From Pseudomonadota bacterium (GTDB lineage Bacteria; Myxococcota_A; Bradymonadia; UBA4248): a stretch of DNA of 35,399 nucleotides. Within the stretch, counting starts at the first letter, position 1. Each line of letters starts with the position of its first letter. The position numbers and the translations under genes were made by a program. The notes under the pieces are model-generated. The model searched no databases. It had not been told where the DNA came from and worked only from the letters and a program-made list of their open reading frames with translations. The stretch lies in assembly GCA_017555665.1 (NCBI GenBank), contig JAFZFY010000190.1, forward strand, positions 1 through 35,399. The letters are read 5' to 3'. This document shows positions 33,207-35,399 of this stretch, piece by piece.

Positions 33207-35009
33207 TCAATCGGCGTGAATGAGACTGGCAGATACGCCGCCAGACGCGAGTTCCGGATTGGAGATCTGCGGCAGGACCTGTTCGATAAAGAGCTCGACG
33301 ATATTGATATCGAGTGCGCCTTCTGCCGCCTCTTTGCGAAGGATCATGGCTGCTTCCCCGAAAGAATGGCGCAACTTGTAGGAGCGGTCGCCGCCCGTGA
33401 GCGCGTCAAAGATATCGCAGACGGTGATGATGCGGCTTTGAAGGCAGATCTGATCGCCTGAAATGCCATAGGGATAGCCAGTGCCGTTCAACTTTTCGTG
33501 ATGCTGGAGCACATAGAGGGGGACGTTTGCCCATCGCGGCGGCCAGGCGATCTGCGTGAGGTATTGCCACGAGATCAGCGCATGCTTTTGGATTTCGCGT
33601 CTTTCGTCCGTGTTCAGCGTGCCCTTTGTGATGAGCAAAGACTCGCGTTCCTGCGGCGAGAGCAACGGGATATTCGGGCACGGCGCGATATAGGTGCGCG
33701 CCATTTCATCGATGATCTCGATATCTTCGGGCGCGGCTTTTTCTTGCGCGAGCTGCACGCGCGTGACGACTTCGCGGTAATGCTCGAATCTGCGTTGCGG
33801 GCGGTAATCGTCACCGAGCTTTTCGGGAGATTGCGTCTGAAACCAAGCGGCAAAGAGGTCAAGCCGTTCGAGAAGGTGGTTGAGATCAGACTTGGTCAGC
33901 TTGGCATCCTTGAGCAAGATTTCACGCCGAAGGACGACTTTGCCGATATCGTGAAGCAGCGCGGCAAAGCGCAGTTCATCGAGATGATTGTTCGAAAAGG
34001 AGATATTTTTAAATGCCGGGTGTTGCGAGGCATGCACGGCTTGCGCGGTGAACAGGGCATATTTGGCGACGCGCATGGAGTGGCCCGATGATGCGGGATC
34101 ACGCGCATCCATGACCGTGATCAGGGAGCGGATAAACCCGTCGAACACGGCACTGAGGTCGGCATTGACAAAGGTTCTTTCGATGGCATACGCGCTGACA
34201 CACGCGACGCGCGTGCATCGCTCCAGGTCGGCATGCGTAAAAGGCTGATCTTCGGAGGCATCTGCCGTGATCACGCCGAGTTCCCGCCGTGATGTGACGA
34301 TCGGTGCCACGATCATTGAGAGCGAGCCTTGCCCGCGCACAGCCTGGTGTAATTCCGAGACCCTGCTGCGGATCACACGCCTGAAATCATCCGGTGAGAA
34401 AATGTTTGGCGTGATGCGCTCGGCGCGTGCACGCTCGTAACTCCGGATAAATGCATCCTGGCAGGAGTCGTATTTCCAGAAAGAAAGATGAGAAAGATAG
34501 GGGATCTGAAGCATGAGCATCTGCGCGAGATGCGTCATGACGGCTTCATAAGTCGTCTTTGACGTGAGTGCCGTGGAGATGTCGAGCAAAAACGCGAGCA
34601 GCTTCGGATCGTCTGAAGGGGAAAGCGTATGTAGCGGCAGCGTCTCTGTATGCTGGATACGCATGCCGCAACTATCAGGCGGGGCATTCGGGATATTGGT
34701 GCACTGTATCACGCTTTGGCCCAGCGACAGCGTGCATTCCCCCGTGAGCGCCACCGACTGGGGCAGCTGATGGCTGAACAGCAAGACATCGATACTCGCA
34801 GAGCGCACGCGTGTCCCGCGCGCGCTGAGCATGTCACAATACGCATAACTCGCCTCGTGCGCGTTCGTGAACTGACCGTGATACTCGCTGACTTCTGGGT
34901 CAGTGAGCTGAAAGTCATTCCCCGGATCTGTGCCGATATGGACGACGCTTTGCTGGAAACGCCCACATTTCCCTGCATCTCTTCCATAAATGACTTGAAG
35001 CTGAATCAT
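33207..35009 (-). CDS. FHA-domain / sensor (GAF-like) / HD-GYP-domain protein (putative c-di-GMP phosphodiesterase)
   Basis: N-terminal FHA pattern (VVHIGTDPGNDFQLTDPEVSEYHGQF), HD motif (HSMRVAKY...LLHDIGK) and HHEKLNGTGYPYG (GYP). The start is ATG 35009 or GTG 35033. Confidence 0.8.
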   Translation of the reverse strand: MIQLQVIYGRDAGKCGRFQQSVVHIGTDPGNDFQLTDPEVSEYHGQFTNAHEASYAYCDMLSARGTRVRSASIDVLLFSHQLPQSVALTGECTLSLGQSVIQCTNIPNAPPDSCGMRIQHTETLPLHTLSPSDDPKLLAFLLDISTALTSKTTYEAVMTHLAQMLMLQIPYLSHLSFWKYDSCQDAFIRSYERARAERITPNIFSPDDFRRVIRSRVSELHQAVRGQGSLSMIVAPIVTSRRELGVITADASEDQPFTHADLERCTRVACVSAYAIERTFVNADLSAVFDGFIRSLITVMDARDPASSGHSMRVAKYALFTAQAVHASQHPAFKNISFSNNHLDELRFAALLHDIGKVVLRREILLKDAKLTKSDLNHLLERLDLFAAWFQTQSPEKLGDDYRPQRRFEHYREVVTRVQLAQEKAAPEDIEIIDEMARTYIAPCPNIPLLSPQERESLLITKGTLNTDERREIQKHALISWQYLTQIAWPPRWANVPLYVLQHHEKLNGTGYPYGISGDQICLQSRIITVCDIFDALTGGDRSYKLRHSFGEAAMILRKEAAEGALDINIVELFIEQVLPQISNPELASGGVSASLIHAD

Positions 35010-35149
35010 GCCTGCTGCCCTTGCATACACCACATTTCGGGCAGAACGCCCAAAACATCACGATGTCCTCCCGTGTAGGTATTAATACCACACGTGCGCT
35101 TTTTATGCCCAATTTTTTTACTGAAATTTAGTTGTCGCTGAACCTAAAG

Positions 35150-35399
35150 GCATTTTCCGTGGGCAGCGTGCGTCGTGTATCGGGCGAAGCGTGTGCCTGG
35201 GGCATTGTGAACACGGCGTGCGTCGTGTATCGGGCGAAGCGTGTGCCTGGGGCATTGTGAACACGGCGTGCGTCGTGTATCGGGCGAAGCGTGTGCCCAA
35301 GGCATTGTGAACACGGCGTGCGTCGTGTATCGGGCGAAGCGTGTGCCCAAGGCATTGTGAACACGGCGTGCGTCGTGTATCGGGCGAAGCGTGTGCCCA
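35150..35399. repeat. Perfect 50-bp tandem repeat array (at least 5 units) running off the window
   Basis: cgtcgtgtat recurs at 35171, 35221, 35271, 35321 and 35371. The unit is ggcattgtgaacacggcgtgcgtcgtgtatcgggcgaagcgtgtgcc plus TGG (first two junctions) or CAA (later junctions). There are no spacers. Confidence 0.9.

Noticed and set aside
35118-35364. Minus-strand ORFs in all three frames across the 50-bp array, which could indicate a repeat protein. I also considered a CRISPR array.
   Set aside because: A 50-bp period is not divisible by 3, and the predicted peptides are R/H/T/P/C-rich with no start context, so the repeat is almost certainly non-coding. The units are contiguous with no unique spacers and no cas genes, so it is not CRISPR.

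Overview
This 35.4-kb chromosomal window covers a replication-origin neighbourhood and a run of housekeeping genes. The origin part is dnaA plus a ~1.5-kb non-coding, AT-rich spacer carrying paired DnaA boxes. The housekeeping genes are MazG-like/pssA, carD-family, rpsD, hisS, a PpiD-like chaperone, mutL, a HAD phosphatase, hemolysin-III, a deoxynucleoside kinase, a CPBP protease and an FHA/HD-GYP protein.

The main finding lies directly downstream of mutL (13.8-22.1 kb). It is a compact module that encodes only the baseplate and spike parts of a contractile phage-tail-like machine:
- a small Zn-ribbon protein
- a gp25/GPW protein
- a 1007-aa Baseplate-J protein
- a P2-gpI-like protein with an N-terminal PASTA domain
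- a 515-aa unknown protein in the position of a TssK, fibre or receptor-binding component
- a second Zn-ribbon protein
- an acidic-repeat protein with a poly-Lys tail
- a convergent short gpV/gp5-type spike with its own promoter

No sheath, tube, tape measure, gp27/gpD hub, ATPase, capsid, lysis or integrase gene is visible in the window. I flag this orphan baseplate module as the most interesting candidate system.

The window is also rich in non-coding structure:
- a REP-like palindrome family (GGCgTAT-variable stem-ATAGCC), mostly in doublets
- three ~100-nt compound versions of that REP
- a second ~95-nt repeat with a compensatory hairpin that brackets the spike/PEGA gene pair
- a perfect 50-bp tandem array that runs off the right edge

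Other notable genes are a cysteine-rich lipoprotein with three ~462-bp tandem repeats, a 964-aa lipoprotein with an embedded NlpC/P60 domain, and a MerR-HTH/coiled-coil gene next to dnaA whose frame is broken inside the HTH. The gene content (PEGA-like, Cys-rich repeat lipoprotein, CarD/CdnL, FHA-HD-GYP) loosely suggests a Myxococcota- or Bdellovibrionota-like lineage. This is inference only. All homology calls come from motif recognition by eye, with no database search.
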